In this document: one piece after another, positions 10,009 to 20,589 of the stretch
How positions within the stretch are numbered: the first letter of the stretch is position 1
Layout: the number at the start of each line of letters is the position of its first letter
Origin: a virus
Taxonomy: Duplodnaviria > Heunggongvirae > Uroviricota > Caudoviricetes
Strand: one strand, 5' to 3'
Length of the DNA: 64,000 nucleotides
IMG/VR virus record: IMGVR_UViG_3300017700_000469
Location: 1-64,000 of that record
Made by a program: the position numbers and the translations under genes
The notes under the pieces: model-generated
Told to the model about the DNA's origin: nothing
What the model saw: the letters and a program-made list of their open reading frames with translations, nothing else
The model's database searches: none

Positions 10009-10416
10009 TTAACAGCTTGGACTTGCGACCGGGGAGATCAGCTTGCCCTCTAGTTCGAGGGTGATGGTGACAGAGGTACCGCCGGGCTCTGAGGCCCCGA
10101 CGCCGCTGCCGAGTTCAAAGGGGTTGGACGTGAAGTACACGTCCCAGACTTCGCCCTTGTGGTTGGTCAATCGAATCAGTGCTCGGTAGTACGAGAGGAT
10201 GAAGGCTCGGAGTTCGAGCGACTTCATCCGGCTGAGCACGAACGTGTACTGAAGTTTCGAGCGGTCGTTCGACTTGACGTAGGAGTACAGCGTGCTGTTC
10301 ATCGACTGCTTGACGTCGATTGAATGGCTCGGCTTCTCGCTGTCACCGAACTTAGGGTTCGGCAAGATCGTCGTCGTGGTGAGACTTGGAACCGGAGCTT
10401 GAAGGATTACGCTCAT
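10009..10416 (-). CDS. small tail-tip associated protein (hypothetical)
   Basis: Translationally coupled between two tail-tip genes. Confidence 0.4.
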   Translation of the reverse strand: MSVILQAPVPSLTTTTILPNPKFGDSEKPSHSIDVKQSMNSTLYSYVKSNDRSKLQYTFVLSRMKSLELRAFILSYYRALIRLTNHKGEVWDVYFTSNPFELGSGVGASEPGGTSVTITLELEGKLISPVASPSC

Positions 10417-11609
10417 GCGAGAACTCCCTGGAACTCGAACGCCACGCTACGATCTCCACGTCCGACGTGCGTGATCTGAGCGTCGGGCGTCGTGATGATT
10501 CCTCGCCACTGCCGACTCTCCCAGTCGAGCAACCCGATCTCTTGACCGAGCGAATCTCGAAGGAACTGAATCAGGTCGGCGGCTTGGGCGGGCTTGAGTG
10601 AATCGACCTGGACGACGAGCGTCTGGGTCTTCGGCCACTTCGGATCGGCGAACACGATCAACGTGCCGCCGCGAGTCAGACGATTGATGCGGTTGAAGTT
10701 CAGCCGATCCTTGTCGCCTAGCTCCGGGTTGCGGAGCACGAGCGTCGTAGTCGGCGAGACATACGGATACGTGAGCGTCAGCACACCCTTGGTGAGCGTC
10801 GGGACCGTGAGGCTCGGCGGCGTGTACGACGGATCGGTACTCGACCCGACGAACGGACTGTAGAGCTTCTCGGTGCAACCTCGGCCGCCGATGTAATACG
10901 TGACCGACTGGTTCAAGCCGAGCACGTCGGCGAGAGTACGTCGCAGCACGAGTTGCCCCGTGGTGGACTGCACGAGTGCTAACGTCTGATCGACGTCGCC
11001 ACCCTTGCCTACCGTGGCGGTCTGGACGAGCGCGAGCACGTCTACGATCGCGTTGCGGCGTTCACCCGTCTGTGTGAAGGCGAGGGTCTGAGTCACCGAG
11101 CGTGTGAACGTCAAGCCGGCACGATCCGACAGCACCAACGCCTGGGCGACGAAGAGGTTGGCCACACCGACGTGACCGCCGTCATCGTTCTGCACGAAGT
11201 TCAGCGATTGGCCGACACTCACCCGGATCGCACCACGAGCCACGGCGTCTTGAACGAACGCTAGAGACTGAGTGACGTTGACCTGCTTGATGTTGTTGCC
11301 GACGTCTTGGACGAATACGAGCGTGTCGTTCACCGTGCGGGAGACACTGCGGCTGACCGTCGTCGCCTGCATCAACGCCAAGGCGTTGGAAGCGGTCATG
11401 TGCCGATGGACGACGGCCGTGGCACTTTGCGAGAAGGCGAGCGTGTCGTCGCCGTGCGGGTTGACCGGCTCGAAGGTCGCCGACTGAGAGAAGGATAGGG
11501 ATTGATTGACTTCCTGTTCGAGCGACGGATCGGGCGGCGCACCGAGGAAGGCTAATACGATGTTCCCGAGCCGCGAATCTGCTGTACCCAGCTTGCCGGT
11601 AAATGGCAT
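10413..11609 (-). CDS. Tail-tip/baseplate protein with internal ~20-aa peptide repeats (Q[ST]LAF[VT]Q...)
   Basis: Repeated QSLAFVQDAV / QSLNFVQND / QTLAFTQTG / QTLALVQST units. Position in the tail module. Confidence 0.45.
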   Translation of the reverse strand: MPFTGKLGTADSRLGNIVLAFLGAPPDPSLEQEVNQSLSFSQSATFEPVNPHGDDTLAFSQSATAVVHRHMTASNALALMQATTVSRSVSRTVNDTLVFVQDVGNNIKQVNVTQSLAFVQDAVARGAIRVSVGQSLNFVQNDDGGHVGVANLFVAQALVLSDRAGLTFTRSVTQTLAFTQTGERRNAIVDVLALVQTATVGKGGDVDQTLALVQSTTGQLVLRRTLADVLGLNQSVTYYIGGRGCTEKLYSPFVGSSTDPSYTPPSLTVPTLTKGVLTLTYPYVSPTTTLVLRNPELGDKDRLNFNRINRLTRGGTLIVFADPKWPKTQTLVVQVDSLKPAQAADLIQFLRDSLGQEIGLLDWESRQWRGIITTPDAQITHVGRGDRSVAFEFQGVLA

Positions 11610-11661
11610 GGACTACTCCCGACGAAAGATGGGTGCGAAACGGGCTCGGGAACGGGAGGGA

Positions 11662-12570
11662 TTACGGGTCTTCGTTCCAGTGAACGAGAGTCGTATAGCT
11701 GTCGTCCGCCGAGCTAACGGCGTCGAGGTAGAAGCCGACTTCATCAGGTCCGCCCGACATGAAGATGGTGCGGCTCGCGGAATAGACTTGAACCCAGTCG
11801 ATGCCGTCGTTGGAAACCTCGAAGATGATGTTGGTCCCGTTGTCGGTCCCACGCATCCAGATGATGCCGCAGAAGTTCGTAGCGACGAGCAGCGTCGGTG
11901 AGCTATCGACCGACGTCGGACTGGTGTAGTGCGTGATCCTGATGCCGGGCGAGCCGTTACCGACTTCCAACCATCGACACGTCGTGAACTTGCCCGTGCC
12001 GGCTTGGCGAAACACTAGACCCGTGACGTAAGCGCCGCCGCAGACGTAGTTGGGACGCAGACCGCAGACGATTGTGTACGGCGTCGAAGGTGCGGCCTTG
12101 GACATCCCGGAAGCGTGCTCGCCGCCGCCTTGTAGCGGCCGGGTCAGCACGATGGTTCCGTTACGGTCCGCGACCGACGATGAGTCTTGGTTGAACCAAG
12201 TGAAGTCGGCGGACGTGAGGACGTCGCCGTTGCCATCGACGATACGGCCCAGCGGCGGCCGACCGGAGTCGAATAGATCGTCGTTGTCGCGAGCGTAGCG
12301 TTGCAACGAACCTTGTGTCACGATGGCCGTGACGTCGAGTGCGTCGGCGTGCGAGGCACCCGAGGTTCCTTCAATGCCGCGAACGATCGTCAGCGTGTTT
12401 GTGGCTCGGGCCGTGACCAGCATGATCTCGTCTTCGACACGGACGCGGAAGTCGCCGGTGGACGGGAAGACCGAGCCGTCGAGGACGTCTAAGGTCGTCT
12501 GAGAACCGTCGATGCTGCCGTCGAGCACGGCGGTTGCATCGTTCACTAAGATTTCACGTCGAATGGTCAT
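11662..12570 (-). CDS. tail-tip protein (hypothetical; Dit/Tal-region position)
   Basis: Positional call: the second gene after the TMP. Beta-rich. Confidence 0.4.
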   Translation of the reverse strand: MTIRREILVNDATAVLDGSIDGSQTTLDVLDGSVFPSTGDFRVRVEDEIMLVTARATNTLTIVRGIEGTSGASHADALDVTAIVTQGSLQRYARDNDDLFDSGRPPLGRIVDGNGDVLTSADFTWFNQDSSSVADRNGTIVLTRPLQGGGEHASGMSKAAPSTPYTIVCGLRPNYVCGGAYVTGLVFRQAGTGKFTTCRWLEVGNGSPGIRITHYTSPTSVDSSPTLLVATNFCGIIWMRGTDNGTNIIFEVSNDGIDWVQVYSASRTIFMSGGPDEVGFYLDAVSSADDSYTTLVHWNEDP

Positions 12571-12653
12571 GGCGGCCTACCGAATGTGTATTGAGAAAAA
12601 CGCCCTGGTGCCGAGCGAACCCGGACACCAGAGCGCCTTGCAGGGAGAACGGA

Positions 12654-13232
12654 TTAACCGGACAACGTGTAGGTGACTTTCAGCGAGTCGCCGTTGGCGA
12701 CGCCGACTGTCGAACCGAACGCAGCCGTGGACCAGAGCGTGCCGGTCGTGCCGCTCTTGGTGTTGTTGGTGGTGATGAAGATGCCCTTAATGGTCTTCGT
12801 AGCGTTGATGCTGAAGTCCACCGTCGAGGCATTTGTGATCTGGCGAGACGAGGCCGTGCCCGGCGTCCAGGCCGGACGAGTGGCTTCGCTGTAGTCAGCG
12901 GATTCGATCCAGCCGGCGTGGCTCGCCATCGTGTCGGCGTTCGCGAGAGCACTGAAGCTCGCGTTGTCGATCAGGCCGATGTACCACGTCGTGACCTGCG
13001 AGCCGCTATGGAACTGCGTTTCGAGGATGTGGTTCAGGCCGACATCGACGATGCCGTTGGGAACTTCGTAGACGCCCTTCAAGACGCCATCGCTACCGCG
13101 ATGCTCGATCTTGAACTTGCCTTTCGGGCGGAAGGGCTCACACTCCAACTGCGGAGCACGAGAGACGGACGCGACCGCACGTTGACCGAGATTAAGCGGT
13201 TCGACGTGCAGATCGTTTTGATGATCGGACAT
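12654..13232 (-). CDS. distal tail protein-like (hypothetical), first gene after the tape measure
   Basis: Position only. Confidence 0.4.
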   Translation of the reverse strand: MSDHQNDLHVEPLNLGQRAVASVSRAPQLECEPFRPKGKFKIEHRGSDGVLKGVYEVPNGIVDVGLNHILETQFHSGSQVTTWYIGLIDNASFSALANADTMASHAGWIESADYSEATRPAWTPGTASSRQITNASTVDFSINATKTIKGIFITTNNTKSGTTGTLWSTAAFGSTVGVANGDSLKVTYTLSG

Positions 13233-13265
13233 GGAGAGTCTCCGAGTGGAGTAATGGGAATGGAA

Positions 13266-13290
13266 GCGGCGGCCCAGAGTGGGCCGCCGC
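13266..13290 (-). terminator. GC-rich hairpin (10-bp perfect stem) downstream of the tape-measure gene
   Basis: gcggcggccc agagt gggccgccgc. The flanking run on the - strand is only moderately U-rich. Confidence 0.3.
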
Positions 13291-13321
13291 TTGACGATCG
13301 AGATGCACGCCGAACGGCGGC

Positions 13322-16300
13322 TTAGAACCGGCTACCTGTTCCGCGTCGCTGTTCGCGGCGGATCAGGTTGATGACTTCGCGAGCGGTGGCTTTCGGATCG
13401 TTGGCACCGTTGACGTTGATGTCACCGATGTTGATCGTGTCGCCGCTGCGGTTGGGACTGTTGAACGACGGCTGGGCACCGGCGTTGATGGCCTGCAACT
13501 GAGAGAAGAACTTCTGGCTCGAACGAGCGTTGATGACCTGCTCATGCTGGGACAGCATCGCGGGGATCGTGTCCGTACCCTTGGCAGCCCCGCCACTGTT
13601 GAAGTAGTGGAACTGCGGTTGAGCTTGGACGACGCCACCAGTGGAGAACCGTTGGATCATGCCGCCGAGAGCGGCCGTCTCCGGTCGTGCCGCACTACCA
13701 CCCGCATCGATCGCGTTGGACGCTCGTGCCGCAGCCTCGGCTGCGGATTGAGCGGCACGCATGTTCGACGCGATTTGTGCTGTCGCACTGACCGACGAGT
13801 TGAAGGACGTCTTCATGGACTCGGCAGCGGTGGCCGCACCAGTCGTCGATGCGGCACCCTTGGCCTCGGCATCGGCAGCCGCTTTCGCAGCCGCTTCGCG
13901 AGCTTGGGTGTCGAGCACTTGCTGAGTGTTTTGCAGTGCTGGGTTGGTTTGACCCTGGGCGTCGAGAGCGTTGATTTGCTTTCGCAACTCAAAGACGCGA
14001 GTCAAGTTCTTGAACTCTTCGCTGGCGCGATTGATGTCGAACTTCAGGAAGGTCGGAGACGTGGTCTGGAACGCCTCGAACTTCCCGGCCAGAGAATTGA
14101 TCTGCTCTGCCGAGGCCGCCGTGTCGGTCAACAGCCTTTGCGTTTCCAATCGCAAGTTCGACAAGTCGGTCTTGGCTTGCCTCAGTGCGTCGAACGACTT
14201 TGACGAGAAGGCGATTTGAAGTACGCCGGCGAATGCCTCTGCGTCCGACTTACCTTCCTTCAGCGATGTGTTCGCCAAAGCGATGTTCGATGCGATCTCT
14301 TGCTCGGCCGCCGCACGGGCGACGCTGCTTGCTCGCAGTCGATCGAGACTCTCTTGCTGGTCCTTGAACTGGGAAGAGACTTCGTCGATCTGTTCCTTCT
14401 GCGATTTCCCTTCGAGCTTCTTAGGGTCTACCGCGAGGGAGACGATGAAGCTCGACTTGTCGAACGCACCCTGCACCTGCTGACGCAGGCGATCGAGTGA
14501 CGTGTCGGAAGCGAAGAGCGACTTGACTTCACCCTGTGTGAGCGACGATTCGAGCCGTTGTTGGAGCTTGTCGAACGAGAACAAGTCGTCGAGGTTGAAC
14601 TGGGCTCCGTTGCCGAAAGCGGTCTCTCGGAACTGGGCCAGCTTGTCCTTGGCGGTGGCAACCTGCTTGTCGATCTGATCCTTCGGCAGCAGATCGCCCT
14701 TCGAGTCGAAGAGCGAGGCGTTGTCGAGGAAGTCCTTCGCGAGCGTCTTGAGTTGCGTGATCCGAGCGGACTCGGCGGCAGCAGCTTGTTGGAGCTTCTG
14801 AGCGTCGTCTTGACGGTTCTTCTGGAAAACCTTCTCAGCATCGATCCGCCGTTGGAGGATCGATTCGAGCGTGCGTTCCGCAGCGATCTGCTGACCGAGG
14901 TTCCCGGATGTCTGAGCCGACGAGATGGCTTGCCGAGCGAACGACTCCGCTCGCGCGAAGGCGGACTGCGCGGCTTCCTTCTCTTCCGGCTTGCTAGCCG
15001 ATCCGAGCTTACTGGCACCTTGTGCTGCTAGGTCGAGAGCACGCTGCTGATCGCGGAACGCCTTCGTGGCGTCGTTGAACCGCTTGTTCTGGTTGTTGAA
15101 CCGTTGGTCATCAAGCTGACCCTGAACGTCGTTGACTCGCTTCCGTGAATCAATGACATCGGTGTCAGCTTGCTGAGCGGCTCGACGCAAGTCCTGGGCG
15201 AACTTCTCACGACCTGCGATGATCTTGTCGATCGTCGATTTGTCGTCATCGAGCAGTTGCTTGTTTGCTTCCTTCGCCGCATCGGTCTGCTCGAAGTATG
15301 CCTTACGGGCGACCGCGACCTGATTGTTGAGCAGGGCGAACTTCTTATCGGACTCGATCTTGTCGAGGTTGGACCGAGCTTCCGATTGCTCGCGTTGGAA
15401 CGCGAGCAGTTCGTTGGCGTTGTCCTTCAATAGCTGAGTGCTACGGTTCAGGGCAGTGGTGATTCGATCACCGATGAACTGACCGGCTTGGACCGCAGCG
15501 ACGATCGCGACCAGCCCGGAGATCGCACCACCGAAGATCGCAGCGCTTCCGGCAGCGGTGCCGAAGGACGTGGCGAGGGCTCGGGTGACGCCGGCGGCCG
15601 TGAGTGTCACGACGTTGTAGGCGACCAGTCCGCCGACTGCGATTGCGACGACTGGTGCGAGAGCCTTCATGGCTCCGAGCACAGTGTCTACACCGCCGAA
15701 CAACTTGAAGAAGCTGGCGGTCGTGGAGACTAGCTGAGCACCGAGATCGGCGGTGAAGAAGTTCTTGATCTTGTTCAGGTCGGCCGAGACTTTCTCGGCA
15801 TCCGACGAGACGCGAATCTCAAACTTCGAGTTCAACAGATCGCGCGAGGCGAGTTGGATTTCCTTGAGGTTCTCTTTGAAGACGTCCACGCCCGTCCCGG
15901 TCTCACGGAGAACACCGTTCAACGCTCGGACGTTCGGGAAGAGCTTGGCGATCGCTGACGTCGAACCGTCCGTCGTGGAGATCAAGGCTTGGAGGGCACC
16001 TTGGAAGCCACGGGCTCGGATCAACTGTTCACCGGTCTCGAAGCCCAACGTGCGTAGAGCCTTCTCGGCATCGCCGGACGGCTTGAGCAACGACGACAAT
16101 GCCGCACGAATCTGAGTCGCGGCTTCGCTGGCCTTCACACCACCGATCGTGATGCTGGAAAAGGCAGCGAGGATTTCGTCTTCAGTGGCACCGACTTCTT
16201 TGGCGATCGGAGCGACACGACCGAACGAGTTGGTCAACTCGCTGATGGTCACACGACCCACATCGACCGTCTTGAACAGCTTGGCGCTCAAGGTCTCCGC

Positions 16301-17128
16301 CTCGCTCGCGGACTTGCCGTAAGCGTTAAGGATCGTGGCCAAGAGATCGGCGGCTTGAGCGGTGTCCGACAGACCGATCTTCGACAGCTTGAGGGCCGCC
16401 GTGAGAATCGATGTGGACTCGGCCGCCGTCTGGAAGCCGTTCGACACGATGTCGTACTTCGCCTTGGCGACGTCGAGGATCGGGGCGTTGAACTCGTCGG
16501 ACAGTTGTCGGACTTGCTTGGCGAGGTTCTCGACGGGCTCGGGCGAGATCGTCTGGATAGTCGCGATCGCCCGGTTGAACTGGATGAAGCCCTCGAACGA
16601 GTCCTCGACCGCAGTGCGGATCGAGTTCAAGGCTCGCACGATCACTTGGGTACCGATGACTCGGCTGATCGTTTCCAGGTTGAGAGCGAAGCCCGAGGCC
16701 GAGCGACCTGCGTTGTTGAGAGCGTTGGTCGCTTGGGTGCCTGCGTTGGCGACGGCGTTACCGGCTGCGTTGGCGGCCGTGGTCGTTTGCCCGAGCAGTT
16801 GGTTCATCGCCTGCGCGGCGGCCGTACCTGTGAGCAGACCTTGCGAAGCGTTCCCGCCCGGAAGAGCAGGCAGCCCGCCGCCGGGGATGGACGGCGGTGC
16901 CTTGATCGTGTTGAGGCGGTTGAGAGCGTCCGCAGCTTCATTGGCGCGGGACGTGATCTGAATCAGAGCGGAGACGGTCTTGCCGGCACCCGCATTGAAC
17001 GTCGAGAACGTGCTGACCGAAGATTGCAGGTTGCTCTGCAACTTGGCGAAACCCTGATCGAGCAGGTTCAAAGCGTCGAGCGCCTGAGCGGCGTCGAAGC
17101 CGAGTACCTGCTTAATTTCGTCAGCCAT
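13322..17128 (-). CDS. Tail tape measure protein
   Basis: 1268 aa, Ala/Gln-rich and alpha-helical, with central hydrophobic segments. TMP-like region ...LSKIGLSDTAQAADLLATILNAYG... Lies between the chaperone-like genes and the tail-tip genes. Confidence 0.9.
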   Translation of the reverse strand: MADEIKQVLGFDAAQALDALNLLDQGFAKLQSNLQSSVSTFSTFNAGAGKTVSALIQITSRANEAADALNRLNTIKAPPSIPGGGLPALPGGNASQGLLTGTAAAQAMNQLLGQTTTAANAAGNAVANAGTQATNALNNAGRSASGFALNLETISRVIGTQVIVRALNSIRTAVEDSFEGFIQFNRAIATIQTISPEPVENLAKQVRQLSDEFNAPILDVAKAKYDIVSNGFQTAAESTSILTAALKLSKIGLSDTAQAADLLATILNAYGKSASEAETLSAKLFKTVDVGRVTISELTNSFGRVAPIAKEVGATEDEILAAFSSITIGGVKASEAATQIRAALSSLLKPSGDAEKALRTLGFETGEQLIRARGFQGALQALISTTDGSTSAIAKLFPNVRALNGVLRETGTGVDVFKENLKEIQLASRDLLNSKFEIRVSSDAEKVSADLNKIKNFFTADLGAQLVSTTASFFKLFGGVDTVLGAMKALAPVVAIAVGGLVAYNVVTLTAAGVTRALATSFGTAAGSAAIFGGAISGLVAIVAAVQAGQFIGDRITTALNRSTQLLKDNANELLAFQREQSEARSNLDKIESDKKFALLNNQVAVARKAYFEQTDAAKEANKQLLDDDKSTIDKIIAGREKFAQDLRRAAQQADTDVIDSRKRVNDVQGQLDDQRFNNQNKRFNDATKAFRDQQRALDLAAQGASKLGSASKPEEKEAAQSAFARAESFARQAISSAQTSGNLGQQIAAERTLESILQRRIDAEKVFQKNRQDDAQKLQQAAAAESARITQLKTLAKDFLDNASLFDSKGDLLPKDQIDKQVATAKDKLAQFRETAFGNGAQFNLDDLFSFDKLQQRLESSLTQGEVKSLFASDTSLDRLRQQVQGAFDKSSFIVSLAVDPKKLEGKSQKEQIDEVSSQFKDQQESLDRLRASSVARAAAEQEIASNIALANTSLKEGKSDAEAFAGVLQIAFSSKSFDALRQAKTDLSNLRLETQRLLTDTAASAEQINSLAGKFEAFQTTSPTFLKFDINRASEEFKNLTRVFELRKQINALDAQGQTNPALQNTQQVLDTQAREAAAKAAADAEAKGAASTTGAATAAESMKTSFNSSVSATAQIASNMRAAQSAAEAAARASNAIDAGGSAARPETAALGGMIQRFSTGGVVQAQPQFHYFNSGGAAKGTDTIPAMLSQHEQVINARSSQKFFSQLQAINAGAQPSFNSPNRSGDTINIGDINVNGANDPKATAREVINLIRREQRRGTGSRF

Positions 17129-17688
17129 TATTGCACCCGAATCGTTGTGATCTTGTATGTGGGTTCGGGTAGCCGAACGTCGGCGGCGACACGCTTGAAC
17201 GCCGCAAGTCCCTTCTCTTGGAACTTGTAAGGACCGGGATTGAGCAGCCGAGCAAAGAGGCTCGGGTCCGGTGAGATGTTGGCGTTATTGAACTCGTTGT
17301 AGATCAGGTGCTCTAAGGTCGTGCTGTACGTGAAAGTGAACAGCCCCTTACTTGTGTCTGTATTGATCTCACCAACAGCGTTGTTGAGCCCCAGTCCGAC
17401 ACGGTTAGTGAAGGCGGTTGGCTGAACACTGAGTGAGAACCCGATCGCGCTGGCGAGGGGTTGAAACGTGGCGAGGGACGCACCGCTCCATACAGGGATG
17501 GCAGCGGTGGTCGCGCCGAGCCACTCGAAGGCGGCTTGAACGATTGCTTCTCCAAGAACCTCTTGGAGTCGTGCGCGGTACTTAGCGAAGTCCACGCGAG
17601 GCACCTTAAAGGTGGCCTTGATTTTCATGGTCCCGAGCCTCGCTACTACGCTGCGGGCGTCCGTGCCCCTGCCAATTGAGCTTCCCAC
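17128..17688 (-). CDS. tail assembly chaperone-like / hypothetical (immediately upstream of the TMP)
   Basis: Position only. Confidence 0.3.
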   Translation of the reverse strand: MGSSIGRGTDARSVVARLGTMKIKATFKVPRVDFAKYRARLQEVLGEAIVQAAFEWLGATTAAIPVWSGASLATFQPLASAIGFSLSVQPTAFTNRVGLGLNNAVGEINTDTSKGLFTFTYSTTLEHLIYNEFNNANISPDPSLFARLLNPGPYKFQEKGLAAFKRVAADVRLPEPTYKITTIRVQ

Positions 17689-17848
17689 TCTTGCTTGTCG
17701 TGCGTGTGGAACTCGGCGAACGCTAGGATGCGAGCTTGCACCTGAGCGCCGTTGTCATCCCAGCGGGGCTTCACATCGGGTGGAAGGACACCGATGAGCC
17801 GACAGGCTTCCCAGGTCGCGTAGTCGCTGTTGCGATAGGGCGGCCAGC

Positions 17849-18343
17849 TTATGCGGCTGGCTGATCCGCCCGCTTGAGACCAAGAAGAAAAGACTCGCGG
17901 GCAGCCTTGAGCTTCGCGTCATCGAGACTGTTGGCTTGCAGCGCGAGGTTGAGCACGCGGTTGCACTCGATCTGCGTCAAGCCTGAGAGCTTCATGTCGG
18001 CTTCCCAGTTGGCCCAGGTCGCGGGGACGTCGAGCTTGACGGTGTCCCATTCGACTAGGCTCGGCTCGATCGACTTCACGACGATGTAGGCCAAACGTCG
18101 CTTCTGATATTCGTTCAGCACCGACAGATAGCCGGGGTCGCCGGTGTTCGGCACATAGCCGGACGATGTTAGTTTGCCGGGTGCTTTCGGCTCGGGCACC
18201 ATCGCATGGAACTCGTCCATGTCCGGCAGGCCCTTGGCGATAAACACGATGCGGGACTCGCCGCGCGGGAGCACAAGGTACTCTTCGGACGGCAACGACT
18301 TCGGATCAACTCCACCAATCTTCATCTGCGTTCTCCCTTGCAA
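17849..18343 (-). CDS. hypothetical tail assembly protein
   Basis: Lies between the major tail gene and the TMP. Confidence 0.3.
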   Translation of the reverse strand: MQGRTQMKIGGVDPKSLPSEEYLVLPRGESRIVFIAKGLPDMDEFHAMVPEPKAPGKLTSSGYVPNTGDPGYLSVLNEYQKRRLAYIVVKSIEPSLVEWDTVKLDVPATWANWEADMKLSGLTQIECNRVLNLALQANSLDDAKLKAARESFLLGLKRADQPAA

Positions 18344-18374
18344 GGAAACGTGTGTTCAAATACGGGTTAGTAAA

Positions 18375-18409
18375 TGAGCGAGGCCGGGGTACTAGCCCGG
18401 CCTCGCTCA
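18375..18409 (-). terminator. Rho-independent terminator-like hairpin downstream of the major tail protein gene
   Basis: 14-bp perfect stem tgagcgaggccggg / cccggcctcgctca with a 7-nt loop. It is followed on the - strand by tttactaac. Confidence 0.5.
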
Positions 18410-18433
18410 TAAAGTTCAGACAGAAAGCGACGA

Positions 18434-19174
18434 TTACACGCCGCGAGTGACGATCGGTTCCGTGGCGTTGCACTTACCGGTGATCGCGATGTTGGAATCC
18501 TTCAGCGACGCTTCACGCTTCTCGCTGCGGAAGTCCGGGAAGATGGTGACTTCGTTGTCGGCCCCACCGCACGGCGGCGTGAAGACGACCTTGATGTCGA
18601 CCGCATACGGTTCGCACGGGTCGGTGGCCGCGTTCACCCACTCGGACGCAGCGCCACGACGCTTGATGGCGTCCATCGGGGCGATCGCCTCGCCGGTGCC
18701 GGTCGTGATGTGCTCGTAGGTGAAGTTGAAGACCACGTCCATCGGGACTTGGTTGCCTTCGCGGACGGTGTCGAGATCGCCGCGATCGAGATCGTAGAGA
18801 TACTCGCTCGTCTCGGTGAACTTGACGTCGCCGTCACCGACCTTGATGGAGAGTTCCTGCGGCTGGAACGTGAGGACGCCGCCGTCCACATACGTTCCGG
18901 CACCGAGGACCGGGGCGAAAGTGATCGACGTCGTGGGACCGGTGTCGGCCGGGGTGCGAGCGGTGACGACGTGTACGGTCGGGTCCGTTTCACCGGCGAT
19001 GGTGAACCGAGCGCCGATCGGCACCTTCGTGGTGACGTCGGTGTTGAGCACGATCGTGTCGATCGTGATCGAGGCGTCCGTCGCGACCGGAGGCGTCATG
19101 TCGTTGATCGCCGCCGTGCCTGCGAGGCCATCCATGATGATTACATCGCAGTAACGCAATTCAATACGGGCCAT
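18434..19174 (-). CDS. Major tail (tube) protein
   Basis: 246-aa beta-rich protein. Position: after the head-tail joining genes and before a strong terminator and the chaperone/TMP genes. Confidence 0.5.
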   Translation of the reverse strand: MARIELRYCDVIIMDGLAGTAAINDMTPPVATDASITIDTIVLNTDVTTKVPIGARFTIAGETDPTVHVVTARTPADTGPTTSITFAPVLGAGTYVDGGVLTFQPQELSIKVGDGDVKFTETSEYLYDLDRGDLDTVREGNQVPMDVVFNFTYEHITTGTGEAIAPMDAIKRRGAASEWVNAATDPCEPYAVDIKVVFTPPCGGADNEVTIFPDFRSEKREASLKDSNIAITGKCNATEPIVTRGV

Positions 19175-19175
19175 G

Positions 19176-19697
19176 TTATTGGTTTTCCTGTTCTTCGAGA
19201 TACATGACGTAACGAGCGTCCACTGCGGACTGCTTCAGTTTGTCTGTCTTGTCCGACTGTCCGAAATTGAACAGCCGCACGCTTTCGTTCTTCCCCGGCC
19301 TCGGCAATAAGCAGCCGATGAAAACCTGGGTGTTGAGATCAGAGGCGACGTAATCGCCCGTCTCGTTGCCGTAGTTCCACACGGGAATCGGCCCATCCAT
19401 TGCCTCTTGAAAGAGGCCGGCGAACTTGAGGATGTCGTTCGCGTTCTTCTTTGCACCGTCGTAACGGCTTGTGAGAAGTACGTTGGCGTCAACCCAAATT
19501 CGGAAGTAGCCCTTGCTTTCCATTTGTGAGAACGGACCTGTGATCCGAATCTCAACCCGGTCGGCGGCCTTCATAAACGTGTCGTTACGTTCATCAAGGT
19601 GTTCCACTAGCACCGCAAGGTTGGCGTTAGTGGCGACGGTCTTCAGGTGGTAGGCGACCGATGCGAAAATCCAGCGTGCCCAGTTAGGGTTTGCCAT
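19176..19697 (-). CDS. tail terminator / neck protein (hypothetical)
   Basis: Position between the connector-like gene and the major tail gene. Start/stop abut the neighbouring genes. Confidence 0.35.
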   Translation of the reverse strand: MANPNWARWIFASVAYHLKTVATNANLAVLVEHLDERNDTFMKAADRVEIRITGPFSQMESKGYFRIWVDANVLLTSRYDGAKKNANDILKFAGLFQEAMDGPIPVWNYGNETGDYVASDLNTQVFIGCLLPRPGKNESVRLFNFGQSDKTDKLKQSAVDARYVMYLEEQENQ

Positions 19698-20209
19698 TAG
19701 GGATGCTCCACAACGGCCGTCGCGACCTGCTGGAAGTTCAGCAGGTGATCGGACTGGGCAGGGATGATCTGCTCGGGCACTTCACCCACTAGCTTGCGAG
19801 CGGTGATGATCCAGCCGATGTCAACTTCAAAAGACTCGACCGTCTTGATCTGATACTTACCGCCGCCGTACACGAGCCAGTCGTCGGCATTGAGTTCCGG
19901 CAACGTGGGACAATCGCGGCGATCGATAATGAAGTCACGAGCCCCGGCGTCGTAGGTGCCGCCGGTCACGAACTCTTTGTTGGATGAGATGAGGGAGATG
20001 CTTTGTTGAACGGTGCGATCAACTTTGACCGGCATCACGATCGCTCGCGTGACCGGGTACAAAGTCTTGGTGATCGTCTTGACGCCGGTGCGGACATCGG
20101 TGGCGGTACTCACCAGCTTGTAGATGTCGATCCGTGCGCCGTAGTCCCTCTTGAGTGAGTAGAGAGCCCGGCGTTGCAACATCATCAGGTTGCGATTAAC
20201 GGGCTGCAT
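19697..20209 (-). CDS. head-tail connector / head completion protein (hypothetical)
   Basis: Position only. Confidence 0.35.
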   Translation of the reverse strand: MQPVNRNLMMLQRRALYSLKRDYGARIDIYKLVSTATDVRTGVKTITKTLYPVTRAIVMPVKVDRTVQQSISLISSNKEFVTGGTYDAGARDFIIDRRDCPTLPELNADDWLVYGGGKYQIKTVESFEVDIGWIITARKLVGEVPEQIIPAQSDHLLNFQQVATAVVEHP

Positions 20210-20219
20210 AACTCACCCC

Positions 20220-20489
20220 TTAATCATCAAGATGTTTTTCCAGTCGATCCATGACTACTGTGTTTCGGGCGATCACGTTGGCACAGTCGCGGACGAGAGG
20301 GAGCAACACGTTGCGTGTCTCGTCTTCGAGTGATGTGATTCGCTTGACCAACTTGTCTTCGCGTTTCCAATCGCGCCAGATGAAGAACGCAACCGCAAGC
20401 ACGAGGCAGCCACAGAACGGGCCGTACTGCTTGAGGATTTCGATGGCATCAACAAAGCCGCCACCTTCAGCGAATAGTGCAATTTGCAT
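20220..20489 (-). CDS. small membrane protein (hypothetical)
   Basis: Hydrophobic segment PFCGCLVLAVAFFIW. 89 aa. Confidence 0.35.
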   Translation of the reverse strand: MQIALFAEGGGFVDAIEILKQYGPFCGCLVLAVAFFIWRDWKREDKLVKRITSLEDETRNVLLPLVRDCANVIARNTVVMDRLEKHLDD

Positions 20490-20526
20490 TGCGGTAAACT
20501 TTCATCGGCTATAGAGAAAGAAAGGC

Positions 20527-20557
20527 CGGCGGCCACACCTTTCGGATGTGGCCGCCG
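20527..20557 (-). terminator. Rho-independent terminator downstream of the major capsid gene
   Basis: Stem ggcggccaca / tgtggccgcc (10-11 bp) with loop cctttcgga. It is followed on the - strand by tttctttctct. Confidence 0.55.
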
Positions 20558-20589
20558 ACCTGGAAGGGCTTTGTGAAGCCTCGGGTGAA